The position numbers and the translations under genes are program-made. Source: a virus (lineage: Duplodnaviria; Heunggongvirae; Uroviricota; Caudoviricetes). Taken from it: DNA of 64,000 nucleotides. Shown here piece by piece: positions 9,922 through 18,371 of the stretch; positions within the stretch are counted from its first letter, which is position 1, and every line of letters starts with the position of its first letter. Under the pieces are notes generated by a model. It searched no databases. It worked only from the letters and a program-made list of their open reading frames with translations, and had not been told where the DNA came from. The stretch is from IMG/VR virus record IMGVR_UViG_3300031344_000001. The stretch is one strand, 5' to 3'.

Positions 9922-10131
9922 ATGTCGGACTTCAGCGCCACGTTCGCGACGGACAACAACTGCACCGGCCTCAACACGGGGGGCGTCTCCGCGCTGTGCG
10001 CGGACAGCCAGACGTGCGGCAACTCGCTCAGGAACCTCAACAGGGGACGGCGTGCGCGCGCGCGGCGCTCCTTCGTCGCCGGAGCGAACTGCTGTAGCGG
10101 GCACGTGAACGTGCTCGTCGCCCGCCGCTGA
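9922..10131 (+). CDS. 69-aa Cys/Arg-rich microprotein
   Basis: N-half MSDFSATFA...NTGG...LC resembles 10406..10573. C-half resembles 9561..9722. Confidence 0.7.
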   Translation: MSDFSATFATDNNCTGLNTGGVSALCADSQTCGNSLRNLNRGRRARARRSFVAGANCCSGHVNVLVARR

Positions 10132-10365
10132 CCGCGAGCCCCCGCGTTTGGAAGGCCGGCGCGCACGCGAGAACGCGCACGTGGTCGGGCTCTTCGTCGT
10201 CGAAACGAGGGGGCCTGACGACCGCTGGACGGCGTGCAGTACGCGCACCACCGCGAGCGCCGCGAGCGCCTGCGCGTGGGAGTTGCTCACGCGCGAAGGC
10301 GGTGAAGTGCGGATCCGCCAGGGCTCACACGTCGTCGCCGAGGGCTCGCGCGTGAGTCACCGCTA

Positions 10366-10399
10366 GAAATTCGCCCCCACCGATCGCAGCTGGTAGGTT
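10366..10399 (+). promoter_or_regulatory. Sigma70-type leaderless promoter (GAAAT, TCGCCC, N17, TGG-TAGGTT)
   Basis: 6 nt before ATG 10406. Confidence 0.65.
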
Positions 10400-10405
10400 G
10401 AACGC

Positions 10406-10573
10406 ATGGCTGACTTCGCATCAATCTTTGCCCCGGCCCCCTGTTGCTACCTCGCGAACAGCGGTGGCACCAACATCACCCTCTGCAACGGAGGCAACTG
10501 CCCCGCAGGCGAGGGCCGCAGCTGCTGCGGCCGGAAGAAGTGCCACAAGCGCAAGCGCTGCAACTGCCACTAG
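10406..10573 (+). CDS. 55-aa Cys-rich microprotein MADFASIFAPAPCCYLANSGGTNITLCNGGNCPAGEGRSCCGRKKCHKRKRCNCH
   Basis: Translated by hand. 9 Cys. Paralogous N-terminus to 9922. Has its own promoter. Confidence 0.7.
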   Translation: MADFASIFAPAPCCYLANSGGTNITLCNGGNCPAGEGRSCCGRKKCHKRKRCNCH

Positions 10574-10603
10574 CCGCGCCGCAGCTCTGCTAGGATCGGC
10601 GCC

Positions 10604-10831
10604 GTGACACCCGGGACCACACTCGTGCTGCTCGGCCTCGGCCTCGGCGCACTAGTCGTCACCGGTCCATCGACGCCCCAGCCGTCGCTCCGAGCACGGG
10701 CAGACGCGCTGCGCACGCTGACCATCACGGCGCAGCGCAACTCCGCCTCCGCGGCACAGCTCGCGCGCGACTTCAGGGCGCGGTGGAGCGCCGCCGAGGA
10801 CGCTGCGCGTCGGCAAGAGGACCACGGATGA
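10604..10831 (+). CDS. Small protein with N-terminal hydrophobic anchor
   Basis: TLVLLGLGLGALVV. TGC-TAGGAT 7 nt before GTG. Confidence 0.5.
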   Translation: MTPGTTLVLLGLGLGALVVTGPSTPQPSLRARADALRTLTITAQRNSASAAQLARDFRARWSAAEDAARRQEDHG

Positions 10832-10891
10832 CGACGAAGGCACCGCTCGACCTCGGCGACTTCGTGCACGCCTACACGGAAGGGTACTGAC

Positions 10892-11347
10892 GTGAGTGAC
10901 TTGCACGAACGCGCCGCGCGCGCGCTGGGCTGGAGCGTGCACGACACGCAGTCGATGTCGATGCAGGCCCTGCGCGAAGTCGTCCGCCCCGTCGACCCCG
11001 CGCTCGCACGCGAGATGGACTTCCTGATCCAGTCCGGCGCGTACGTCCGCGGCGAGCCCCTGATGTCCTCGGGGAAACGCCGTGCAAGACGCTCCCACGC
11101 GACGATCGGCGAGACGGCCGGCGGCACGAAGATCTGGCAGCGTGTCGACTGGAAGGCGCCGGGCGCAACGGAGCCGCTCAAGTACACCTGGAAGCTCGTG
11201 CGCCCACACGTCCGCGCCGACGAGGTCGAGGAGTGGCTCAAGATCTATCGTGACGACCACCCGGGCGTCATGTTCGTCGCAGACCCCACGAAACCGCGCG
11301 CGAAGAAGGGTCCGAAGATCATGCGCGGCCCCGGTTCGGACTACTGA
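10892..11347 (+). CDS. Two-module hypothetical protein with RRSHAT linker
   Basis: SD-like GGAAGG upstream. Coding-like composition. Confidence 0.65.
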   Translation: MSDLHERAARALGWSVHDTQSMSMQALREVVRPVDPALAREMDFLIQSGAYVRGEPLMSSGKRRARRSHATIGETAGGTKIWQRVDWKAPGATEPLKYTWKLVRPHVRADEVEEWLKIYRDDHPGVMFVADPTKPRAKKGPKIMRGPGSDY

Positions 11348-11357
11348 GGAGAGCACG

Positions 11358-12122
11358 ATGCCCCGCTACGAAGTGATCGAATCCAAGGCGTGGAAGCGCG
11401 ACGACGGCCGCACCGCTAGCCTCTACGGCGCGGTGCCGTGGACATCCTCAAGCGAGGAGGCGCGCTGGAAGGTGGTCACACGCGGCTACACGATCCGCGA
11501 CAACGTGAGTGGCACCGTCGGCGTCGGTCGAAAGCCGTGGGAGACGCGCGCCGAGGCGCAGGCATGGGCGGACAAGGCAAACGAGCGCGTCGCCGGCGTG
11601 CGCGCCCACTCCACCAAGCGCACCTCACCAAGCGACCTCCGCGAGTTCCGCGGCTTCCTCCGCAACGCGACCGATCGCCAGGTCCAGGGCATCTACGACA
11701 AGGAGCAGAGCGCCGGCCGCGACGAGTACGCCGAGCTGGCCGTCGAGGAGGCCGAGCGGCGTGGGATCTTCCTGGAGCGGGAAGACCACGCGCGCAAGAA
11801 GGCCCACGTCTGCGCGACGCACGCCTGCAAGATGTCGCACGCGCACGCGACGGTGACGACGAAGGCCCCTGCCCTCAAGTTGGAGCAGCGCTACCTGATC
11901 GACGCGACCCTCACGCGCTATGGAGCCACGCTCACTGAGGATGGATTCATCGCAAAGCCGGCTGACAAACCAACAAACGTACAAGTTGGAATATCAAAAG
12001 GACGTATGCGCATGTCTGGCAGAGGAGTCGAGCTTGCCAGTTATCCAACCTCACGCATCGAGGCGGGCGTGAAAGACTTCGTGGAGAACTTTTGGTTCTG
12101 GAAGCCGACAGCTTCGATATAG
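11358..12122 (+). CDS. Three-module hypothetical protein with HST/HAR/HAT linkers
   Basis: GAGGAG SD before ATG 11358. The last module has visibly lower GC. Confidence 0.7.
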   Translation: MPRYEVIESKAWKRDDGRTASLYGAVPWTSSSEEARWKVVTRGYTIRDNVSGTVGVGRKPWETRAEAQAWADKANERVAGVRAHSTKRTSPSDLREFRGFLRNATDRQVQGIYDKEQSAGRDEYAELAVEEAERRGIFLEREDHARKKAHVCATHACKMSHAHATVTTKAPALKLEQRYLIDATLTRYGATLTEDGFIAKPADKPTNVQVGISKGRMRMSGRGVELASYPTSRIEAGVKDFVENFWFWKPTASI

Positions 12123-12371
12123 GCGGCACGCGCTGATCGCGAGATCGCGCAGCCCGCAACGCGAAGATGCCATGAAGCCCTACCAAGATCCTATCGCCTG
12201 GGCAGCCTACGCCTGGACCAACCACCTCGGCCGATGGGCGAGCGTCCGTCGCGAGTGCAGACGTCGACACCCGCGATCCGTCGCGCGCGTCGTGTTCGCC
12301 CTCGCCAGCATGATCCAGTGACCTCGGCGCGAGGTCACGCCTGATGGCGGACTCGCGTAGACTCGGCGGCG

Positions 12372-12854
12372 ATGACGCCACCATGCATCACCGATCGCGT
12401 GACGACCGCCGCTTGCAGCATTCGCGCGCTGGTCGCAGTGGTCGCAATAGTCACGGGATGCAGCAGCGATTTCGAGTTCCAGGTTGCCGTCAGCTACGAC
12501 GGCGTCGACGCGGTGACTCTCGACGGGAGCCCGGCGGACGACCCCACGGTGATCACGACGACGTTCGCGCGCTACAGCGAAGCGTGCGGCGTCGCGTACG
12601 CCTTTGACGTCACGTACCAGACAGCCACCACCACGGTCTCCATTTCTCCGTGTTCCTGTGGTGGCGGACCGGGCCCCGTCTCGAGCACCCCGTTCAACGA
12701 CGTCACGAGCGAGGACGACGGTTACCGTATCTACGTCAAGGATGGCGCGATCGCCGTCTGGGGTGAGGGTGGGTGCAGCAACGGTGCGACGCGCTGCTCG
12801 TGGCGCACCGGCGAGATCGACGACGACTGCGGAGCGCTCGGGAGCGACCAGTGA
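12372..12854 (+). CDS. Putative lipoprotein
   Basis: RALVAVVAIVTGC lipobox. TAGACT 8 nt before ATG. Confidence 0.55.
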   Translation: MTPPCITDRVTTAACSIRALVAVVAIVTGCSSDFEFQVAVSYDGVDAVTLDGSPADDPTVITTTFARYSEACGVAYAFDVTYQTATTTVSISPCSCGGGPGPVSSTPFNDVTSEDDGYRIYVKDGAIAVWGEGGCSNGATRCSWRTGEIDDDCGALGSDQ

Positions 12855-12891
12855 GCCGCAACATCGCCAAGAACGACGCGACGGCCAAGAT

Positions 12892-13083
12892 ATGGGACGA
12901 TCACCTCGGGAACAACACGCCTTCGTCCAGCACCGCGACCAATGCGTGAGTTGCCTGGCGGCGTACCAAGCACGGGGGCTTGGACAAGCGGCTGCCGGGT
13001 GTCCCGACGGAGAACGCATCTTCAACGAGATGATCGACGAGATCTGCACTCAAATGGATGAGGCGATCGAGAACCAGAACTGA
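12892..13083 (+). CDS. Small Cys-containing hypothetical protein
   Basis: H..CVSC...GCPDG. 3' part of the 12604 ORF. Confidence 0.45.
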   Translation: MGRSPREQHAFVQHRDQCVSCLAAYQARGLGQAAAGCPDGERIFNEMIDEICTQMDEAIENQN

Positions 13084-13109
13084 CGTGCGGATCCAGTAGG
13101 ATGGGACCC

Positions 13110-13724
13110 ATGAACGTTGTCACCTTCGACCCGCGGACCGGGCAGCCGCTGTGGGTCGAGATCAAGCTCGGCACCATCGGCACCAGCGAGAGCAAGGGCC
13201 TCATGTTCGCGCACACGGCGCACGTGTGCCCCGCCTGCGTGGAGGACCTCTCGCGCCTTCTGCCCGACGCCCGCGATTTCTTGGGGTCGTTCGTGACGCG
13301 CGAAGCGACGATCGCCCTGCCGCCGTCACCCCCCGTCCCGGCAGACATGTCCGTCACGACATCGACGGGCACGCTCGAGGCACCGTTCAAGATCGTGAGG
13401 TTCGAGGTCGATGACGAAGATGCCTGGGTGATCAACGACGTCAGGATCAAGGACGGCCACTCGATGGCGTCCATCTTCAACGAGAGCAAGGCGCTCAGCG
13501 TCGCAGAAGTCAACGCGGACGTGAGCGCGTTCACCGCCGCTCAAATCGGCCAGAACATCAGCATCATCATGACGCCGAAAGACCTCGAAGATTCGACTCG
13601 TCGGTATCACGACGGGGTGGCCGCCGCTCTCAGGCGGCGACGCGGCGACAGCGGCGACCTAGCAGTACCCGCGCGGCGCGCTGACAACGTCAACGTCAGC
13701 CCTTCGTACGCCGCACGAGCTTGA
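13110..13724 (+). CDS. Hypothetical protein, Zn-knuckle plus divergent all-beta family domain
   Basis: TAGGAT 7 nt before ATG 13110. HVCPAC. PFKIVRF...WVINDVRI...TAAQIGQNISI resembles the 5233/45341 domain. Confidence 0.55.
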   Translation: MNVVTFDPRTGQPLWVEIKLGTIGTSESKGLMFAHTAHVCPACVEDLSRLLPDARDFLGSFVTREATIALPPSPPVPADMSVTTSTGTLEAPFKIVRFEVDDEDAWVINDVRIKDGHSMASIFNESKALSVAEVNADVSAFTAAQIGQNISIIMTPKDLEDSTRRYHDGVAAALRRRRGDSGDLAVPARRADNVNVSPSYAARA

Positions 13725-13890
13725 AGGCCCCCTTCTCGAAGGCTTCGGCCAGGGCCAGGACCTTCACCCCGAGCTTGACGGCCTCCTCATCACGACGACC
13801 CAAGAGCGCTGACGGTCGATCGATGACGCGCTTGGCGATTGCCACCGCCTCTCGCATGTACACGCGCGGATCGTCGCTGACCTTGCCCAT
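13696..13890 (-). CDS. Small hypothetical protein
   Basis: TAGGAT 6 nt before ATG. Confidence 0.55.
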   Translation of the reverse strand: MGKVSDDPRVYMREAVAIAKRVIDRPSALLGRRDEEAVKLGVKVLALAEAFEKGAFKLVRRTKG

Positions 13891-13947
13891 GCGCGCATCC
13901 TACACGCGAAACTGGCGGCGCCGCCACCGCGCGACGTACCGTGACCC

Positions 13948-14799
13948 ATGGCGACCATCGGCATCGACATCGCGAGCGTAGACGGCAACGGCACCCCCGA
14001 CTGGAGCGCGGCCGTGCAGCAAGGGCACCTGCGTTTCGTCGGCCTCCGCGCCGTGTACGGCGTGACGCCGGACCCGTGGTACCCGACCTACGTCAACCAG
14101 CTCGACGCGCGCGGCATCCCGCACTTCCCGTACCTCATCATGACGCCCAACCTCGACACCCCCGAGGCCCAGGCGCAGAAGGCCCTCGCCGTCGTCGGCA
14201 CGCTCAACAACCACTACTTCCCGCTCGCGCTCGATGTCGAGGGCAATCGCAACGGGCTCACCGCGGCGCAGTGGCTCGACTGGGTCACGCGCGCGTACCA
14301 CGTGATCAAGTCCGCGCTCGGCGTGCCGCCGCTGCTCTACACGTCGCAAGAATACTGGGTCGACCCCGACGGCATGGACAACCTGCCGGCACCCGAGCTC
14401 GCCGACTGCGCGGGGTGGTGGAAATACTGGCCGTGGGCCGTCCACTCGAAGGCCGTCTACGACCCGGCTGTCGTCGACAAGCTCGCGGCACCGCCGGCAC
14501 CGCCACCATGGAAGGGCGCCTGGATTCTCCAGCAGTACATGGGGGACGCGCTCGGCTACCCTGGCTTCAAGTCGACGACGGACATGGACCGACTGAACGT
14601 GCAGAAGCAGGGCGCCACCGGCGCGAGCGTCGAGTGGGTGCAGCGTCGACTCCCCGGGCTCACCGTCGACGGTGTCTTCGGTCCCGCGACCACCGACGCC
14701 GTGAAGGCGTTCCAGACGCTCAAGAAGATCGCTGCGGACGGTATCGTCGGACTCGACACCGCGCAGTTGCTCGCGTGGGTCCCGCCACGCACGGCATGA
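13948..14799 (+). CDS. GH25 muramidase with C-terminal peptidoglycan-binding domain (endolysin-like)
   Basis: GIDIAS, LALDVE (DxE), PLLYT, QQY and DMD motifs. C-terminal VDGVFGPATTDAVKAFQ...DGIVG. Confidence 0.88.
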   Translation: MATIGIDIASVDGNGTPDWSAAVQQGHLRFVGLRAVYGVTPDPWYPTYVNQLDARGIPHFPYLIMTPNLDTPEAQAQKALAVVGTLNNHYFPLALDVEGNRNGLTAAQWLDWVTRAYHVIKSALGVPPLLYTSQEYWVDPDGMDNLPAPELADCAGWWKYWPWAVHSKAVYDPAVVDKLAAPPAPPPWKGAWILQQYMGDALGYPGFKSTTDMDRLNVQKQGATGASVEWVQRRLPGLTVDGVFGPATTDAVKAFQTLKKIAADGIVGLDTAQLLAWVPPRTA

Positions 14800-14811
14800 T
14801 AGCCTCGGCGA

Positions 14812-14982
14812 ATGGGCTCCGACTTGACCGCCGACGAACTCGAAGCTCTCACGCGGAGTGCGGCGACGCAGCTGTCCCAGACGTCACCGCTCTTGAGCGT
14901 GCACGTCCTGCGCCTCATCTCCGAGGTCCAGCGCCGACGGATCAACGAGCGCGCCTGCACAAGTTGCGGCACTCCGCGATGA
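14812..14982 (+). CDS. 56-aa hypothetical protein with C-terminal CxxC
   Basis: Translated by hand. TAGCCT 6 nt before ATG. Confidence 0.5.
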   Translation: MGSDLTADELEALTRSAATQLSQTSPLLSVHVLRLISEVQRRRINERACTSCGTPR

Positions 14983-15009
14983 GCCCATCGACCGTGGTAG
15001 CCTCGGCGC

Positions 15010-15306
15010 ATGAGCTTCTGGAAGTTGTTCCGCGCCTCGAAGCAACCGCGCGAGCAGCCGCCACTGCCACGCTTCCAGACGCGCCGCCCCGCGCAGACAA
15101 CCGAAGAGGTCACGCCCGGAGAAGTCACGGGCGCCACGATCACCGACGAGCAGATCCGCCAGCTACTGAACGAGGACTGGCTCTCCGAGTGGGAGGCCCG
15201 CGGCGCCTTCAGGTACGCGCTTGATCGCGAAGAAGCGTCGGACCCGCGCAGAGCACGCGCCTACGCAGCGGAAGTCTTCAACCGCTACCTAGCGGCGCGT
15301 ACGTAG
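15010..15306 (+). CDS. Hypothetical protein
   Basis: TGG-TAGCCT 6 nt before ATG. Confidence 0.6.
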   Translation: MSFWKLFRASKQPREQPPLPRFQTRRPAQTTEEVTPGEVTGATITDEQIRQLLNEDWLSEWEARGAFRYALDREEASDPRRARAYAAEVFNRYLAART

Positions 15307-15315
15307 GAAGATGCT

Positions 15316-15516
15316 GTGAAACTCTTCTTGCGTCACAAGAACGGGTTGACCCACATGCTCGGCGAGAGACCCACGACCAAGCTCAAGCGTGAACTCGCCG
15401 CCGGACGAGGAGGTCCAGAGATCACGAAGCTCGTCATGAACGAGTACACAGGCTTCCTGGGACCCGACGGCGAAGAATGGCCGCTGGACGCGCTGACCGC
15501 CGAGATGATCAAATGA
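15316..15516 (+). CDS. Small hypothetical protein
   Basis: Coding-like. ATGA-coupled to the next gene. Confidence 0.55.
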   Translation: MKLFLRHKNGLTHMLGERPTTKLKRELAAGRGGPEITKLVMNEYTGFLGPDGEEWPLDALTAEMIK

Positions 15517-15938
15517 ACCCCCAGCTGCGCAGAGGCCCGACGAAGACGAAGAAGGCCGCGTACACTCGCTCGACCACCATCGTCGGCGTCTATCGCAGCG
15601 CTTTACCCGACGAAGACGAAGACGGCACGTCGGGGCTCGACAGCGCGTCAGGCAAGCCCATCAGGATTCGCGCTACGTACGGCGACCTCGTGCACCTGCT
15701 AGGCAACCCGAACGGCCGCAGCTCCGAGCAGACCACGAGCGCCTGGGTGCTCCGCAAAGACGGCGGCGCGTTCACGGTCTACGACTACAAGGCGACGTCG
15801 AAGTACGACCCCGAAGACCTCCCCTCCGTCACCGAGTTCCGCAAGAAGCCATACGACTGGCACGTGGGGACTGACGGAAGCGACGGAGCTGCGCAGGGTG
15901 CCGCCCTGGTGAAGAAGGCCGTCGCGAAGCTGCGCTGA
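15513..15938 (+). CDS. Conserved phage-type hypothetical protein
   Basis: ATYGDLVHLLGNP...W...FTVYDYK...YDWHVG pattern. Confidence 0.65.
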   Translation: MNPQLRRGPTKTKKAAYTRSTTIVGVYRSALPDEDEDGTSGLDSASGKPIRIRATYGDLVHLLGNPNGRSSEQTTSAWVLRKDGGAFTVYDYKATSKYDPEDLPSVTEFRKKPYDWHVGTDGSDGAAQGAALVKKAVAKLR

Positions 15939-16016
15939 TCTAGCGCTGACCACAGCGGTCAGGTAACGCCGGGGCGGTGACTCGCGGTCACGGCCCCACC
16001 CAGGTACTGGTGAGAA

Positions 16017-16367
16017 ATGTCCAAGATCCCAACAGCTATTGTTGATAAGGCCGGCGTGGGCAACCAGGTCGTGCGTGTCTACCTGTCTGGATCGCCGTGC
16101 TCGCGGTGCGGCTGTTTCGAGAACCAGGACCTCGTAGGCGTGGGCTGGTGTTGCTACTGCTGCGGCGGCGTAACGACTAAGCGCCACAGCCCCTGTGAGG
16201 AGGACGACCGCCGAGGGCTCGTCGGCCTCGAAGGAACAGGCACGGACGGTCACGGGATGCTCGGGGCGAGCCAGCGATGCAAAGCCGGCCAAATCGTCCA
16301 CAGGCACAGCCAGGATTATCTCAATAACCGAGGCGCCTTCCGCGCCGTCGAAGTCGTCTACGACTGA
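16017..16367 (+). CDS. Cys-rich hypothetical protein
   Basis: PCSRCGC...WCCYCC. Atypical codon usage. Confidence 0.45.
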   Translation: MSKIPTAIVDKAGVGNQVVRVYLSGSPCSRCGCFENQDLVGVGWCCYCCGGVTTKRHSPCEEDDRRGLVGLEGTGTDGHGMLGASQRCKAGQIVHRHSQDYLNNRGAFRAVEVVYD

Positions 16368-16442
16368 GGCGTGATCCGAGATCGCGAGCACCTCGGGTAG
16401 CGCCAGACCAACGATCGCACGGGACGCTTCAGACGCGGAAGC

Positions 16443-16985
16443 CTACTTCGCTCTGGCAACGACGACCAGCGCCGGACGCAGCAGGCGACCGCCCATCTTG
16501 TAGCCCCGCTGGAGCACCTGGACGATCGTCCCCGGCGCCGCGTCGTACTCCAGCTGCGAGATCGCCTCGTGCAGGTTCGGATCGAACGGCTGGTTGAGCG
16601 CCTCGACCGGCGTGACCTCGAGACGCTCGAACGCGGTCAGCAGCTGACGGAGCACGAGCTGCACGCCCTCGATCAGCGGTGCGCTCTTGGAGACGTCATT
16701 CATCTGCGCGGCGGCGTGCTCGATCGCGCGCTCCAGGTTGTCGACGACCGGCAGCAGCTCCTTGAGCGCGTTGCAGCGCGCGTCGACCTTGGCGTCATCG
16801 ACCTCGCGGCGCTGCCTCTTGCGCAGATTCTCGAGGTCGGCAGCCGCCCGCAGGTAGCGGTCCCAGTGGGCCTTCTTCTCCTCCTCAGCCGCGGCGAGTT
16901 GCGTCTTGAGAGCGCCGATGTCGTCGGGCAGATCATCAGGCGCGTTGGCACTACCGGGCGCTTCGGCGGGGGAATCGGGACTCAT
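16443..16985 (-). CDS. grpE: Nucleotide exchange factor GrpE
   Basis: [33 protein letters not shown] and [24 protein letters not shown] 7 nt before ATG 16985. Confidence 0.93.
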   Translation of the reverse strand: MSPDSPAEAPGSANAPDDLPDDIGALKTQLAAAEEEKKAHWDRYLRAAADLENLRKRQRREVDDAKVDARCNALKELLPVVDNLERAIEHAAAQMNDVSKSAPLIEGVQLVLRQLLTAFERLEVTPVEALNQPFDPNLHEAISQLEYDAAPGTIVQVLQRGYKMGGRLLRPALVVVARAK

Positions 16986-17053
16986 CCATCGCAAGATAGC
17001 GACGATCGGTCCTGCAAACCAGCTCGGTGCGCAACACCGTCGCAAGGCCGGAG

Positions 17054-17536
17054 CTAGCCCACGATCGCGCGGACCGAGTCGATCGGCAGCACCAGCCGCC
17101 CGACACCGGCGACGGATCTCCCAATCAGCGCGGCCTGGAACCGCGCGCCACGTGGGTCGTCCCCGACGTAACGCACGCGGAAGCGGATCTCGACGCCCGC
17201 GGACGCCGTGTCGAACGAGAGTACCGGGGTCGGAGCGTCCGAGACGAACAGCTCGGCAGGAAGAGCCTGCACGACGTGCGCCGCCGCGCCCACGCGGATG
17301 TCCTCGATCACGAAGAGCGCTGCGGTCGCGGGGTGCACGACGAGGCGCTCTGGACGGAACGCCGCGTCGGGCACCACGACGATGTCCGCCGCGGTCGGCG
17401 CCTGGTCTGGGGTCTCCTGCTCGGCGACCAGGTCGCGCTCGAGGCTCTCCAGGACCCGCGCAAGCTTGCGCGGGAAGAGCAGCCCCACGGAGACGGCGCC
17501 GACGCCCTTGAGGAAAGATCGGCGTGTGAGGTCCAC
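17054..17536 (-). CDS. Tat-signal protein carrying the conserved all-beta domain
   Basis: LTRRSFLKG twin-arginine motif. FRPERLVV...IEDIRVG...VRYVGDDPRG. Confidence 0.7.
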   Translation of the reverse strand: MDLTRRSFLKGVGAVSVGLLFPRKLARVLESLERDLVAEQETPDQAPTAADIVVVPDAAFRPERLVVHPATAALFVIEDIRVGAAAHVVQALPAELFVSDAPTPVLSFDTASAGVEIRFRVRYVGDDPRGARFQAALIGRSVAGVGRLVLPIDSVRAIVG

Positions 17537-17583
17537 ACACGCATCATCGCCCAGCGCCTCACCGGACGCCAGTCGTGCCCGCG

Positions 17584-18291
17584 CTACGAGGACGAGCTGG
17601 TGCTCTCCTCGTCGGAGAAACCACTGTCGTCGCCGCGAGAGAGCTTCTTCCACATCTCGTCCGCAAGCTTCTTGCGATCGCGCGACAGGTGCTCGCCCAG
17701 GTACTTGAGCCACGGCCGCTGCTTGCTCTTCTTCCGATCGCTGTGCCTCTCCCAGTGCTCGGTGTCGATGAGGGCGATCCTCCCGTCCGTCGTGAACGGC
17801 ACGTTCTTGGCCGTGGAATCGAGACCGCGGAACGCGAAGAGCGCGACACACAAATCACGCAGGACGTCCTCGGTGATGCGCCGGTACTCGCGCTCGGAGG
17901 CGTCGTTGTCCAGAAGGTCCAGTCTCTCGACGATGAGGATCCGGCCCGGTCGACCACGCCGCCCGAACGCGGGCGGCAGCTCGCGGAGCCACTTGCCCGG
18001 CACGACGACGTGCCTGATCCCATCGCTCGCGATGAGCTCGCGGAGACGGCGAGCACCCTCCAGGCGCGTCTCGTAGTTCGCGAGTTGGTCGTCCTCGTCG
18101 TCACGCTTGCCCGCGCGGACGTACTTCTTGAACAGGTACCCCGGCACCGACTCGTGGCTCGCGACGGTGATCTTGTTGTCGCTGGCCCGCAGGATCTTGA
18201 ACCCCGCGCGGGCCCAGGCGTCGGAGGTGTCGAACATGGCAGGGTCGCGAAACAGGGAGCTGAGGTCGAACGACGCTGGATTGAACGACAT
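17584..18291 (-). CDS. Atypical protein-kinase-fold protein
   Basis: YLFKKY (ATP Lys), VVPGKW, LIVERL, LDSTAKN (catalytic DxxxxN) and IALIDTE (DFG-equivalent). TAACGT 6 nt upstream. Confidence 0.6.
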   Translation of the reverse strand: MSFNPASFDLSSLFRDPAMFDTSDAWARAGFKILRASDNKITVASHESVPGYLFKKYVRAGKRDDEDDQLANYETRLEGARRLRELIASDGIRHVVVPGKWLRELPPAFGRRGRPGRILIVERLDLLDNDASEREYRRITEDVLRDLCVALFAFRGLDSTAKNVPFTTDGRIALIDTEHWERHSDRKKSKQRPWLKYLGEHLSRDRKKLADEMWKKLSRGDDSGFSDEESTSSSS

Positions 18292-18371
18292 GCTCCGACG
18301 TTAAACGCTTGACGAAGCTCCTGCGAGATATCGTCGCGCCGTTCACTGGCAAACGCCGTAAGGCCGGCGTT

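Noticed and set aside
9516-10097. 193-aa + strand ORF and overlapping ORF-track calls
   Set aside because: They are shadows of the Cys-rich microproteins (9561..9722 minus and 9922..10131 plus), which have promoters and mutual homology.
5984-16985. manC, manB and grpE as evidence of ordinary host chromosome
   Set aside because: They are isolated among phage-type ORFans and lack their usual operon neighbours, so they are better read as captured auxiliary genes.
16986-17540. N-terminal extension of GrpE in the ORF track
   Set aside because: It overlaps the Tat-signal gene and is Arg/Pro/Gly noise. A -10 element supports the start at 16985.
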